From Octopus vulgaris (taxonomy: Eukaryota), in the NCBI GenBank assembly GCA_951406725.2, contig OX597824.1, positions 26,226,001-26,290,000 on the forward strand: a DNA stretch of 64,000 nt. Direction: 5' to 3'. Each line of letters opens with the position of its first letter. Position 1 is the stretch's first letter. A program made the translations under genes and the position numbers. Of this stretch, positions 43,622 to 57,077 are shown one piece after another. The notes under the pieces are model-generated. The model was not told where the DNA came from. It worked only from the letters and a program-made list of their open reading frames with translations, and did no database searches.

Positions 43622-43964
43622 AAATACCCTGTGAATCATATTGAAATTTCAATGAAGGAACCTTGAAAGTAGGTTAGAAATCGGCACTTTCTCTTTTGGC
43701 AAGAAATCTTGAAATAAAATTGAACAATGACATACATATCTATATCTATATCTGTCTATGTATGTATGTATGTATGTATGTATGTATGTATGTATGTATG
43801 TATGTATGTATGTATGTATGTATGTATGTATGTATGTATGTATGTATGTATGTATCTATCTATCTATCTATGACGAAACAAATCTTAACCTCTATTCTAT
43901 AAATGACTAAGTCTGAAAAGAATTTCAAGACCTTCCAACGAGTTAGAAGGCGAAGATTAAAATC

Positions 43965-44189
<225 letters not shown>

Positions 44190-44335
44190 TTATATATAGA
44201 GAGCATTATACATACATGCCAGAAGGCATTATACATACGTACCAAACGCTAAGAGGGACAATTAGTCATTTCTACCAAAAATATTACTAATCCCACCGAA
44301 TGCAATTTTTCAAAGTAAGACATTTAAAAAAATAT

Positions 44336-44383
44336 AGACCTGTATCACAGTGATTTCATACTTACGTACTCATCAGCAGGCCT
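44336..44383 (-). ncRNA. Type I hammerhead ribozyme, unit 1
   Basis: AGGCCTG-CTGATGA-GTAC-GTAA-GTAT-GAAA-TCACTGTGA-TA-CAGGTCT. Confidence 0.88.
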
Positions 44384-44817
44384 GAATGCATTATAAATAA
44401 ACAACGACCCTGCCCCGCTTAAGTCGATCAGCTAACTGTTCAACATCAAACGAAGCACATGGGTGAGTTTACATATATTACATCCGGTCAAATGGCAAAC
44501 TTTTACGAATTGCATTTCGGGAGAGGAAAAGTTTTTTCGGAATAAAAATTTAGCAATTAAGGACAACTACTTAATAAGGAAAACTTAACAAGAAATTGTC
44601 AGGTAGATAGCGTAAAAACCTCATAAGAGAAAAAATTTCGAAAATAATTATTTCTTATTGAACATATTAATTTATATATAGAGGGCATTATACATACATG
44701 CCAGAAGGCATTATACATACGTGCCAAACGCTAAGAGGGACAATTAGTCATTTCTACCAAAAATATTACTAATCCCACCGAATGCAATTTTTCAAAGTAA
44801 GACATTTAAAAAAATAT

Positions 44818-44865
44818 AGACCTGTATCACAGTGATTTCATACTTACGTACTCATCAGCAGGCCT
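44818..44865 (-). ncRNA. Type I hammerhead ribozyme, unit 2
   Basis: Identical to unit 1. Confidence 0.88.
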
Positions 44866-45300
44866 GAATGCATTATAAATAAACAACGACCCTGCCCCGC
44901 TTAAGTCGATCAGCTAACTGTTCAACATCAAACGAAGCACATGGGTGAGTTTACATATATTACATCCGGTCAAATGGCAAACTTTTACGAATTGCATTTC
45001 GGGAGAGGAAAAGTTTTTTCGGAATAAAAATTTAGCAATTAAGGACAACTACTTAATAAGGAAAACTTAACAAGAAATTGTCAGGTAGATAGCGTAAAAA
45101 CCTCATAAGAGAAAAAAATTTCGAAAATAATTATTTCTTATTGAACATATTAATTTATATATAGAGGGCATTATACATACATGCCAGAAGGCATTATACA
45201 TACGTGCCAAACGCTAAGAGGGACAATTAGTCATTTCTACCAAAAATATTACTAATCCCACCGAATGCAATTTTTCAAAGTAAGACATTTAAAAAAATAT

Positions 45301-45348
45301 AGACCTGTATCACAGTGATTTCATACTTACGTACTCATCAGCAGGCCT
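45301..45348 (-). ncRNA. Type I hammerhead ribozyme, unit 3
   Basis: Identical to unit 1. Confidence 0.88.
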
Positions 45349-45782
45349 GAATGCATTATAAATAAACAACGACCCTGCCCCGCTTAAGTCGATCAGCTAA
45401 CTGTTCAACATCAAACGAAGCACATGGGTGAGTTTACATATATTACATCCGGTCAAATGGCAAACTTTTACGAATTGCATTTCGGGAGAGGAAAAGTTTT
45501 TTCGGAATAAAAATTTAGCAATTAAGGACAACTACTTAATAAGGAAAACTTAACAAGAAATTGTCAGGTAGATAGCGTAAAAACCTCATAAGAGAAAAAA
45601 TTTCGAAAATAATTATTTCTTATTGAACATATTAATTTATATATAGAGGGCATTATACATACATGCCAGAAGGCATTATACATACGTGCCAAACGCTAAG
45701 AGGGACAATTAGTCATTTCTACCAAAAATATTACTAATCCCACCGAATGCAATTTTTCAAAGTAAGACATTTAAAAAAATAT

Positions 45783-45830
45783 AGACCTGTATCACAGTGA
45801 TTTCATACTTACGTACTCATCAGCAGGCCT
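45783..45830 (-). ncRNA. Type I hammerhead ribozyme, unit 4
   Basis: Identical to unit 1. Confidence 0.88.
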
Positions 45831-46264
45831 GAATGCATTATAAATAAACAACGACCCTGCCCCGCTTAAGTCGATCAGCTAACTGTTCAACATCAAACGA
45901 AGCACATGGGTGAGTTTACATATATTACATCCGGTCAAATGGCAAACTTTTACGAATTGCATTTCGGGAGAGGAAAAGTTTTTTCGGAATAAAAATTTAG
46001 CAATTAAGGACAACTACTTAATAAGGAAAACTTAACAAGAAATTGTCAGGTAGATAGCGTAAAAACCTCATAAGAGAAAAAATTTCGAAAATAATTATTT
46101 CTTATTGAACATATTAATTTATATATAGAGGGCATTATACATACATGCCAGAAGGCATTATACATACGTGCCAAACGCTAAGAGGGACAATTAGTCATTT
46201 CTACCAAAAATATTACTAATCCCACCGAATGCAATTTTTCAAAGTAAGACATTTAAAAAAATAT

Positions 46265-46312
46265 AGACCTGTATCACAGTGATTTCATACTTACGTACTC
46301 ATCAGCAGGCCT
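46265..46312 (-). ncRNA. Type I hammerhead ribozyme, unit 5
   Basis: Identical to unit 1. Confidence 0.88.
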
Positions 46313-46746
46313 GAATGCATTATAAATAAACAACGACCCTGCCCCGCTTAAGTCGATCAGCTAACTGTTCAACATCAAACGAAGCACATGGGTGAGTTTA
46401 CATATATTACATCCGGTCAAATGGCAAACTTTTACGAATTGCATTTCGGGAGAGGAAAAGTTTTTTCGGAATAAAAATTTAGCAATTAAGGACAACTACT
46501 TAATAAGGAAAACTTAACAAGAAATTGTCAGGTAGATAGCGTAAAAACCTCATAAGAGAAAAAATTTCGAAAATAATTATTTCTTATTGAACATATTAAT
46601 TTATATATAGAGGGCATTATACATACATGCCAGAAGGCATTATACATACGTGCCAAACGCTAAGAGGGACAATTAGTCATTTCTACCAAAAATATTACTA
46701 ATCCCACCGAATGCAATTTTTCAAAGTAAGACATTTAAAAAAATAT

Positions 46747-46794
46747 AGACCTGTATCACAGTGATTTCATACTTACGTACTCATCAGCAGGCCT
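46747..46794 (-). ncRNA. Type I hammerhead ribozyme, unit 6
   Basis: Identical to unit 1. Confidence 0.88.
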
Positions 46795-47227
46795 GAATGC
46801 ATTATAAATAAACAACGACCCTGCCCCGCTTAAGTCGATCAGCTAACTGTTCAACATCAAACGAAGCACATGGGTGAGTTTACATATATTACATCCGGTC
46901 AAATGGCAAACTTTTACGAATTGCATTTCGGGAGAGGAAAAGTTTTTCGGAATAAAAATTTAGCAATTAAGGACAACTACTTAATAAGGAAAACTTAACA
47001 AGAAATTGTCAGGTAGATAGCGTAAAAACCTCATAAGAGAAAAAATTTCGAAAATAATTATTTCTTATTGAACATATTAATTTATATATAGAGGGCATTA
47101 TACATACATGCCAGAAGGCATTATACATACGTGCCAAACGCTAAGAGGGACAATTAGTCATTTCTACCAAAAATATTACTAATCCCACCGAATGCAATTT
47201 TTCAAAGTAAGACATTTAAAAAAATAT

Positions 47228-47275
47228 AGACCTGTATCACAGTGATTTCATACTTACGTACTCATCAGCAGGCCT
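47228..47275 (-). ncRNA. Type I hammerhead ribozyme, unit 7
   Basis: Identical to unit 1. Confidence 0.88.
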
Positions 47276-47739
47276 GAATGCATTATAAATAAACAACGAC
47301 CCTGCCCCGCTTAAGTCGATCAGCTAACTGTTCAACATCAAACGAAGCACATGGGTGAGTTTACATATATTACATCCGGTCAAATGGCAAACTTTTACGA
47401 ATTGCATTTCGGGAGAGGAAAAGTTTTTTCGGAATAAAAATTTAGCAATTAAGGACAACTACTTAATAAGGAAAACTTAACAAGAAATTGTCAGGTAGAT
47501 AGCGTAAAAACCTCATAAGAGAAAAAATTTCGAAAATAATTATTTCTTATTGAACATATTAATTTATATATAGAGGGCATTATACATACATGCCAGAAGG
47601 CATTATACATACGTGCCAAATGCTAAGAGGGACAATTAGTCATTTCTACCAAAAATATTACTAATCCCACCGAATGCAATTTTTCAAAGTAAGACATTAA
47701 AAAAAATATAGACCTGTATCACAGTGATTTCATACTTAC

Positions 47740-48130
47740 CCATGTGCTTCGTTTGATGTTGAACAGTTAGCTGATCGACTTAAGCGGGGCAGGGTCGTTG
47801 TTTATTTATAATGCATTCAGGCCTGCTGATGAGTACGTAAGTATGAAATCACTGTGATACAGGTCTATATTTTTTTAAATGTCTTACTTTGAAAAATTGC
47901 ATTCGGTGGGATTAGTAATATTTTTGGTAGAAATGACTAATTGTCCCTCTTAGCGTTTGGCACGTATGTATAATGCCTTCTGGCATGTATGTATAATGCC
48001 CTCTATATATAAATTAATATGTTCAATAAGAAATAATTATTTTCGAAATTTTTTCTCTTATGAGGTTTTTACGCTATCTACCTGACAATTTCTTGTTAAG
48101 TTTTCCTTATTAAGTAGTTGTCCTTAATTG

Positions 48131-48133
<3 letters not shown>
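47740..48133 (+). repeat. Inverted partial copy of the 482-bp unit
   Basis: Reverse complement of array sequence, from CCATGTGCTTC to TCCTTAATTGCTA. Confidence 0.95.
47819..47866 (+). ncRNA. Type I hammerhead ribozyme (inverted copy); predicted cleavage after A47859
   Basis: Stem I 47819-25/47860-66, CTGATGA 47826-32, stem II with GTAA loop, GAAA 47845-48, stem III TCAC-T-GTGA, AUA triplet. Confidence 0.88.
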
Positions 48134-48190
<57 letters not shown>

Positions 48191-48236
48191 ATATATATAT
48201 GTATATATATATATATGTATATACATATATATATAT

Positions 48237-50704
<2,468 letters not shown>

Positions 50705-50721
50705 ATATATATATGTATATA

Positions 50722-50817
<96 letters not shown>

Positions 50818-50917
50818 NNNNNNNNNNNNNNNNNNNNNNNNNNNNNNNNNNNNNNNNNNNNNNNNNNNNNNNNNNNNNNNNNNNNNNNNNNNNNNNNNNN
50901 NNNNNNNNNNNNNNNNN
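50818..50917. other. Assembly gap (100 N)
   Basis: Run of N. Confidence 1.
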
Positions 50918-51822
50918 AATACGCGCTATTCTATCTTTATAATCTCTCCCTCTCTTTCTTACATTTCTATTTCTATCCCTCTCATACAGTTTATACCTTA
51001 TCTGTCTCCCCATCCACCAGACCCTCTATTTCCGCTCTCACTCTCCCCTCCTCCCTCTCTCTCCCTCTGCAATCGTTTCTCTTTCTGCATCTCTCTCAGA
51101 TCAACTTTCTCTCACCTCACCCCCTCTCTCAGTTCCTCAACTTCACTCATTCTCTCTTGTATCTATATACCGCCCTCTTTCTCTCTCTCTCTCTCTCTGT
51201 TACTCCCCCTCCCTCTCTCTGCCTCTTTCCTCTCCGCTCCTTCACAGGTCAAACCCCTTTTCCTCTTCCCCTTCTGTCCCCTTATTTCTTTCTCTACACC
51301 ACCCTCCCTGTCCCTTTACTACACTCTGTTGCGCCCCCTCTCTTCCTCTTCCCCCCTTTTTTCTTCCTACCTTTCCTCTCCCTGTTCCCTCTAAGGCTCA
51401 CCACCCCCTGTCTCTTTTTTCCTCTCTCTGTCTCCTTCCTCCACACCACCCTCTCTGTCCCTTTACTTCACTCCCTGGTACCTCTATCCTGCCCTCTCTC
51501 TCTCTCCCTCTCCATTTCATCTCTCTCTTCCTCTCCATTTTATCTCTCCGCCTTTCTTCTCCCTGCCCCCCCTAGGGTCCACCCTCTTGTCTCACTTTTC
51601 CACCCTGTCCCTTTCTACTACACCTCTATCCCGCTCACTCTCCCCCTGCTGACCTGCCATTCTCTCACCTTTCTCTTTTTTCCCTCTTATTTTCTCTCTT
51701 TCTCTCTTCTCTCAGGAAAATCCCCTCGTCTCTCTCTCTATCCCCCCCCTGGCTTTTCTCCTTTCTCTTCTCCCTCTCCATATCTCTCCTTCTCTATCTC
51801 TCTCTCTGTTCCTATATTTCAC
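50918..51822 (+). repeat. CT-rich polypyrimidine tract (possible LINE 5' region)
   Basis: Strong pyrimidine bias directly upstream of LINE ORF1. Confidence 0.6.
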
Positions 51823-51831
51823 TAGAAGAAA

Positions 51832-52740
51832 ATGGCAAGAAACTGGTCTGCGAGAGAGGTGCAATTGTTCGTCCGCGCTTGGAAGATCGCTGAGGACGAC
51901 TCGCCGAACGACATTATTGCTGCGGCGCTGAAAAGCAACAATTTTTCGAGAACCACCGCCCAGATAGAGCGAAAGAAGAGAGAAGTTATCCGTTCGTACG
52001 CTCTAATCAGGCAACATATGGACACCCTGGACATCATCCTGGGAGGTGACGGCAGCAGGGAGGGCCAGGAGGATGAGGAAAGCATCCAGAGCCAAATGGA
52101 GAAGCCTGGAACAAAGGGAAACGATGACACATGTCCAGCTTCCAACACCACAACTGAAGACCAAAGAGGTGCGATGGCCGCAAGAAAGGAAAGGCACCCT
52201 GGAATTGATGGGAAGCAGGAGGTAAAGGGTGACAGAATCAAGGCTAACGGAAGCCCTGTCCAGAGAAAGCAGAGGGACCCCAGCAAAAACTGTAAGGGCA
52301 GGGAAAGAAACACCTGCAAATTCTACCTGAGGGGGGACTGCTGGTACGGCGTTGAAGGTGCAAACTGTCGCTTTGCACATCGGAGGCCCTACCAAAACCG
52401 CACGGACGCGAGACAGAGGTCCCTCCCTCAGGGAGAACAAAAACAAAAAGTTAAAAGAAGGGAAAAAAGCGCACTGACCACTACTGAAAGACGGTATGCA
52501 GATGTGGTGCGCGGAAACCCAACAGGTGGCCAGCTTCACCCAGATGTGAGAAGTGCGGCAGCTGAACAGCAGTCTTTTTTGTGCATGGCACAAAAAATTG
52601 TTCAGCAGCTGACCTGGCTACAAGCACAAAGCTGGAACTACCACCACATAAGGCCACCTCCAACAGATGCAGGATGGCCACCACAGACACCAACACCAAC
52701 ACACACACCAACACACACACCACAAAAATATTTCTACTGA
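51832..52740 (+). CDS. LINE ORF1 (302 aa) with CCCH zinc finger and Myb/SANT-like start
   Basis: CKFYLRGDCWYGVEGANCRFAH (C-x7-C-x8-C-x3-H); N-terminal RNWSAREVQLFVRAW. Confidence 0.8.
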   Translation: MARNWSAREVQLFVRAWKIAEDDSPNDIIAAALKSNNFSRTTAQIERKKREVIRSYALIRQHMDTLDIILGGDGSREGQEDEESIQSQMEKPGTKGNDDTCPASNTTTEDQRGAMAARKERHPGIDGKQEVKGDRIKANGSPVQRKQRDPSKNCKGRERNTCKFYLRGDCWYGVEGANCRFAHRRPYQNRTDARQRSLPQGEQKQKVKRREKSALTTTERRYADVVRGNPTGGQLHPDVRSAAAEQQSFLCMAQKIVQQLTWLQAQSWNYHHIRPPPTDAGWPPQTPTPTHTPTHTPQKYFY

Positions 52741-55697
52741 ATGTAGGAGGGCTGCTGCGCGGAAACTGTAAAAAGAAAATTTCATTCCTGAGAGACCTTG
52801 TGACATGCAGTCAAGCTATATGCATGGCACTCACAGAAACGCATCTTGAACCCAATATAGGTGATGCGGAAATACACATGCCGCAATATGCAGTCATACG
52901 CACAGATAGAAAAGGGAGGAGCCATGGTGGAGTTGCAATGTACATCCGAGATGACCTCACGCCCCAGGTCCTGCTGTCATATTCAAACTCGGTGTGTGAA
53001 ACTCAAATTGTACACATAAGACAACTGAATATCGTCATATGCACTACATATCGCCCACCAGACGCCCCAAAACACTCAGGCATGTTTGAGGACTGCCTAA
53101 CAAAAATAGGAGGAGTCCTCACCAACCTTGAACAGCACAACAGTGTATTCTTCATGGGTGACTTTAACCTCCCCAATGTGGAATGGCCTGGGGGGCAGAT
53201 GCTCCCAGGGATGACACACCATCAGCAGGCACAGGTGGAGTCCCTGCTCCATCTCACAAATACCTCTTTCATGGAGCAAATAGTTCTGCAACCAACAAGG
53301 GCAGATAATATACTGGATCTCTGCTTTACAAACAATATGGATATTATCCATAATGTTAATGTGATGCCGACAATGATCTCGGATCACAACATAATAGAGC
53401 TGTCTATGTATGGAACAAAAGCCCCCGCAGACACACAGCCTATACGAAGCACCCACCATCTCTCCAACTTAAACTTTCATAAAGCCAACTGGAAGTCGAT
53501 TGAGAAAGAGATCCTCAAACAGGATTGGCCTGAATGTCTCTCCACACCGGACATAAACATGAAACACAAACACTTCATGTCCATAATACAAGCCATATGT
53601 GACAAATATGTCCCAATGTGCAGGGCCAGCACACACAAGAACAAAAACAGGATCCCTAGAGAAAGGAGGATTCTTATGAGACGACGGACAAGGATTGCAA
53701 ACCGCCTGAGCAAGCACACCAAAAGTGGTGAGAAGTCTCGGCTCGAAAGAATGCTAATGGAAACTGAGAAAAGTCTACATCAGTCCCATGAAAAGGAGAG
53801 AGCAGATAAAGAAGCTTGGGTAATAGAAAATATAAAATCAAACCCTAAAGCTTTCTTTAAGTTTGCCAAAGAGACAGCCACAGTGCACCAGAGAATAGGA
53901 CCTCTCTTCCAAAAAGATGGCTCTCTCACAGGAAATCCCACGAGGATAAGTGAAATACTGAATGAACAGTTCCAAAGTGTGTTCACTACGCCTCTAGGAC
54001 ACAGGCAAGTAAACAACCCAGAAGAATTCTTTGCCACTTTACCAGCGACCAAAGAGACAAAAATTGAGTACATCAACATCGAAGAAGATGATATCACACT
54101 AGCCATTGATGAGATTGACACAAACTCAGCTGCTGGACCTGATGGATTCCCAGCGATCCTTCTCAAATCGTGCAAACGAGCCCTTGCAAAACCGCTACAG
54201 CTTCTTTTTCAGAGCTTTCTTGCAAGTGGTAAGCTCCCAGTCAAACTGAAAGAGGGGGTAATATGCCCTATCCATAAGGGAGGTAGCAGAGCAGATGCTA
54301 AAAATTATAGGCCTATCTCTCTGACCTCACACATCAGCAAAGTCATGGAACGAATAGTCCGTAAGAAACTAATCATGTTCCTTGAAGAAAATGACTTACT
54401 GTCTGACACCCAGCATGGATTTCGACCAGGTAGAGGCTGCCTAACACAGCTCCTGCAACACTATGACTGGGTGTTGAAACAGCTACTAAATGGCTCAAAT
54501 GTGGATGTAATATATCTTGACTTTGCAAAAGCCTTTGATAAAGTCGACCATGGTATGATCTGTCACAAACTGCGTGGTCTCGGCATAGGCGGGAAACTTG
54601 GAGAGTGGCTGCACAACTTCCTAAAAGACAGAAAACAGGCAGTTGTGAGCAATGGAGCCACCTCCAGGGAAACGCAAATAACAAGCGGTGTCCCACAGGG
54701 CACTGCCTTGGGGCCACTGATGTTCATAGTGGCCCTTTCAGACATGCCTTCAGTTGCTACGATGACCACCCTTGCTAGCTATGCAGATGACACAAAAGTC
54801 TCCCACGCAATACAAAACCCTGAAAATATTGCGCATCTGCAACATGAGCTGGACACAATATACAGGTGGGCTGAGGACAACAACATGCAGTTTAATGCAG
54901 GTAAGTTCCAGGCCCTGCGCTACTGGCACACAAAGGTAAATGACGTGAAGACTGGATACACTGGCCCAGGAAGAATTGCAATCCCTGAGTCAAAATCAGT
55001 GCGTGACCTGGGCATTGACATGAGCAATGATGCATCTTTCCAAATGCATATTGCTAATCTGGTGATAAAATGCAGACGGCTAGCTGGATGGATTCTCCGA
55101 ACTTTCAGAACAAGAGAGAAGGAGACACTGATGGTCCTATGGAAAACATTTGTCCTCAGCCGCTTGGACTACTGCTCCCAACTTTGGTCACCACACAATA
55201 TAAAACAAACAGCAGAACTCGAAGCAACTCAGAGAAGCTACACAAAGAAAATCGTCTCAATGCAAAATGTCAGCTACTGGGAAAGACTGAAGGTATTAAA
55301 CCTCTTCTCCCTGGAGCGGAGGCGGGAGAGATATGCAGTGATATACATCTGGAAAATCCTGGAGGGTCTTGTCCCAAACTTTGGCATTCAAAGTTACTCC
55401 AACCGCAGAACGGGGCGCCGCTGCGTGGTGCCAAGGATTCCAACATCACCATCAAAATACAGGTCCAGATACTGCAACAGCTTGGGTTTCAGAGGACCAC
55501 AGCTCTTTAACATCCTCCCTAAATGCCTAAGAGACTTACATGGTGTGGATGTGGGTTTCTTTAAAACTAAACTGGATCTCTTCTTGTTGGGAGTCCCAGA
55601 TGAACCTACCTCACGACAGGAGACACGGATGCGGGCAGCAGCATCGAACTCCCTTGTAGATCAAGTGCCATGTATCAGAGGTGGATTCACAAACTAG
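52674..55697 (+). CDS. LINE ORF2: AP endonuclease + reverse transcriptase (1007 aa from first ATG)
   Basis: APE motifs LNVGG, LTETHL, GGVAMY, YRPP, MGDFN, LDLCF, SDH. RT motifs YRPISLTS, QHGFR, YLDFAKAFDKV, GVPQGTALGP, YADD. CR1-type C-terminus LERRR. The frame is open from 52581 (GTG). Confidence 0.97.
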   Translation: MATTDTNTNTHTNTHTTKIFLLNVGGLLRGNCKKKISFLRDLVTCSQAICMALTETHLEPNIGDAEIHMPQYAVIRTDRKGRSHGGVAMYIRDDLTPQVLLSYSNSVCETQIVHIRQLNIVICTTYRPPDAPKHSGMFEDCLTKIGGVLTNLEQHNSVFFMGDFNLPNVEWPGGQMLPGMTHHQQAQVESLLHLTNTSFMEQIVLQPTRADNILDLCFTNNMDIIHNVNVMPTMISDHNIIELSMYGTKAPADTQPIRSTHHLSNLNFHKANWKSIEKEILKQDWPECLSTPDINMKHKHFMSIIQAICDKYVPMCRASTHKNKNRIPRERRILMRRRTRIANRLSKHTKSGEKSRLERMLMETEKSLHQSHEKERADKEAWVIENIKSNPKAFFKFAKETATVHQRIGPLFQKDGSLTGNPTRISEILNEQFQSVFTTPLGHRQVNNPEEFFATLPATKETKIEYINIEEDDITLAIDEIDTNSAAGPDGFPAILLKSCKRALAKPLQLLFQSFLASGKLPVKLKEGVICPIHKGGSRADAKNYRPISLTSHISKVMERIVRKKLIMFLEENDLLSDTQHGFRPGRGCLTQLLQHYDWVLKQLLNGSNVDVIYLDFAKAFDKVDHGMICHKLRGLGIGGKLGEWLHNFLKDRKQAVVSNGATSRETQITSGVPQGTALGPLMFIVALSDMPSVATMTTLASYADDTKVSHAIQNPENIAHLQHELDTIYRWAEDNNMQFNAGKFQALRYWHTKVNDVKTGYTGPGRIAIPESKSVRDLGIDMSNDASFQMHIANLVIKCRRLAGWILRTFRTREKETLMVLWKTFVLSRLDYCSQLWSPHNIKQTAELEATQRSYTKKIVSMQNVSYWERLKVLNLFSLERRRERYAVIYIWKILEGLVPNFGIQSYSNRRTGRRCVVPRIPTSPSKYRSRYCNSLGFRGPQLFNILPKCLRDLHGVDVGFFKTKLDLFLLGVPDEPTSRQETRMRAAASNSLVDQVPCIRGGFTN

Positions 55698-56075
55698 TGT
55701 AGCTCATTCAGCGGTGGTGCCCCAGCATGGCCGCGGCCTTCGGGCTAAAACATTTTTAAGGATTTAAGGATTTATATATATATATGTATATGTATATGTA
55801 TGTATATATATATATATGTATATGTATATGTATGTATATATATATATATGTATATGTATATGTATGTATATATATATATATGTATATGTATATGTATGTA
55901 TATATATATATATATGTATATGTATATGTATGTATATATATATATGTATGTATATGTATGTATATATATACATATATGTATGTATATATATATATATGTA
56001 TGTATATATGTATATATATGTATGTATATATATGTATATATGTATATATGTATATATATGTATGTATATATATGT

Positions 56076-56115
<40 letters not shown>

Positions 56116-56267
56116 GTATATATATATATGTATGTATATATATGTATATATATATGTATGTATATATATATGTATGTATATATATGTATATATGTATGTA
56201 TATATATATGTATGTATATATATGTATATATATATGTATAGATATGTATGTGTGTGTGTGTGTGTAT

Positions 56268-56462
56268 ATGTTTGTGTGTCTGTGTTTGTTCCCCTAGCAT
56301 TGCTTGACAATCGATGCTGGTGTGTTTACGTCCCCATCACTTAGCGGTTCGGCAAAAGAGACTGATAGAATAAGTACTAGGCTTACAAAGAATAAGTCCC
56401 GGGGGTCGATTTGCTCGACTAAAAGCAGCGCCACAGTCAAAGGATTGAAACAAGTAAAAGAG
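56268..56462 (+). mobile_element. SINE family A 3' half
   Basis: Matches the family consensus. Confidence 0.8.
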
Positions 56463-56509
56463 TTGATTGAGCTAATTTAAATTTGTTTCTTAATTATATT
56501 CTACTTCAG

Positions 56510-56603
56510 CCATATCGAAAAAAATGGAAGCTACAATATTCTCATTGTTTTCACGGACGGATGTTTTAATGATATGCAGGACTTTGAAGAGAGGTTACCA
56601 CAG
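56510..56603 (+). CDS. Exon of a divergent copine-like (vWA) gene
   Basis: ttcag|...CAG|gtcagt, encoding HIEKNGSYNILIVFTDGCFNDMQDFEERLPQ; compare copine YxxLLIITDGxIxD. Confidence 0.75.
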
Positions 56604-57010
56604 GTCAGTCAATTATCAGTCAATCAATCAATCATCAGTCAACCAATCTTTTTTCTGTCTGTCTGTCATGATGCAATTTAGTTTAAAACAATGAAGGCGT
56701 GTAGCTTGGTGGTTAGGGCAGTCAGAACATGATTGGAAGGTTGTGAGTTCGATTTTCGGCAGCGCGATGTGTCCTTCAGTATAACACTTTATTTCAGTGA
56801 TATAAACATTGTAAAAGAGCTTTTTTTTACATTGTCGAAATATGTTAAACGTTAAAGAAAATTTTTGTAAGGTTCATAATGTTCAGTTCGCGCTTTCATA
56901 TGTTCGTAGTGATTATCAGATTTCAGAATGTATTTAACTGACAGTTAAGCAGTTAAGTTCTTGACAGCTGTAGTAAAATGACTGAACTCTTCCTTTCCTG
57001 GTTTTCTAAA

Positions 57011-57077
<67 letters not shown>

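Larger units (their letters stand above)
44190..47739 (-). repeat. Tandem array of 482-bp hammerhead-containing units (~7.4 copies); retrozyme-like
   Basis: TGTATCACAG recurs at 44341, 44823, 45306, 45788, 46270, 46752, 47233 and 47715 (period 481-483). No ORF >=60 aa lies inside. Confidence 0.95.
51823..55773 (+). mobile_element. Apparently intact CR1-clade LINE
   Basis: Two uninterrupted overlapping ORFs, short 3' UTR, (AAGGATTT)2 tail, then (TA)n. Confidence 0.95.

Noticed and set aside
44384-44530. Second ribozyme (twister/HDV-like) within the 482-bp unit
   Set aside because: The required pseudoknot pairings could not be built by eye; needs an Infernal scan.
44190-47739. CRISPR array or coding repeat
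   Set aside because: Units are wholly repeated with no unique spacers, there are no cas genes, the context is eukaryotic, and there is no ORF >=60 aa.
51822-55455. Antisense ORFs over the LINE
   Set aside because: Shadow ORFs of the higher-GC coding strand with no motifs.
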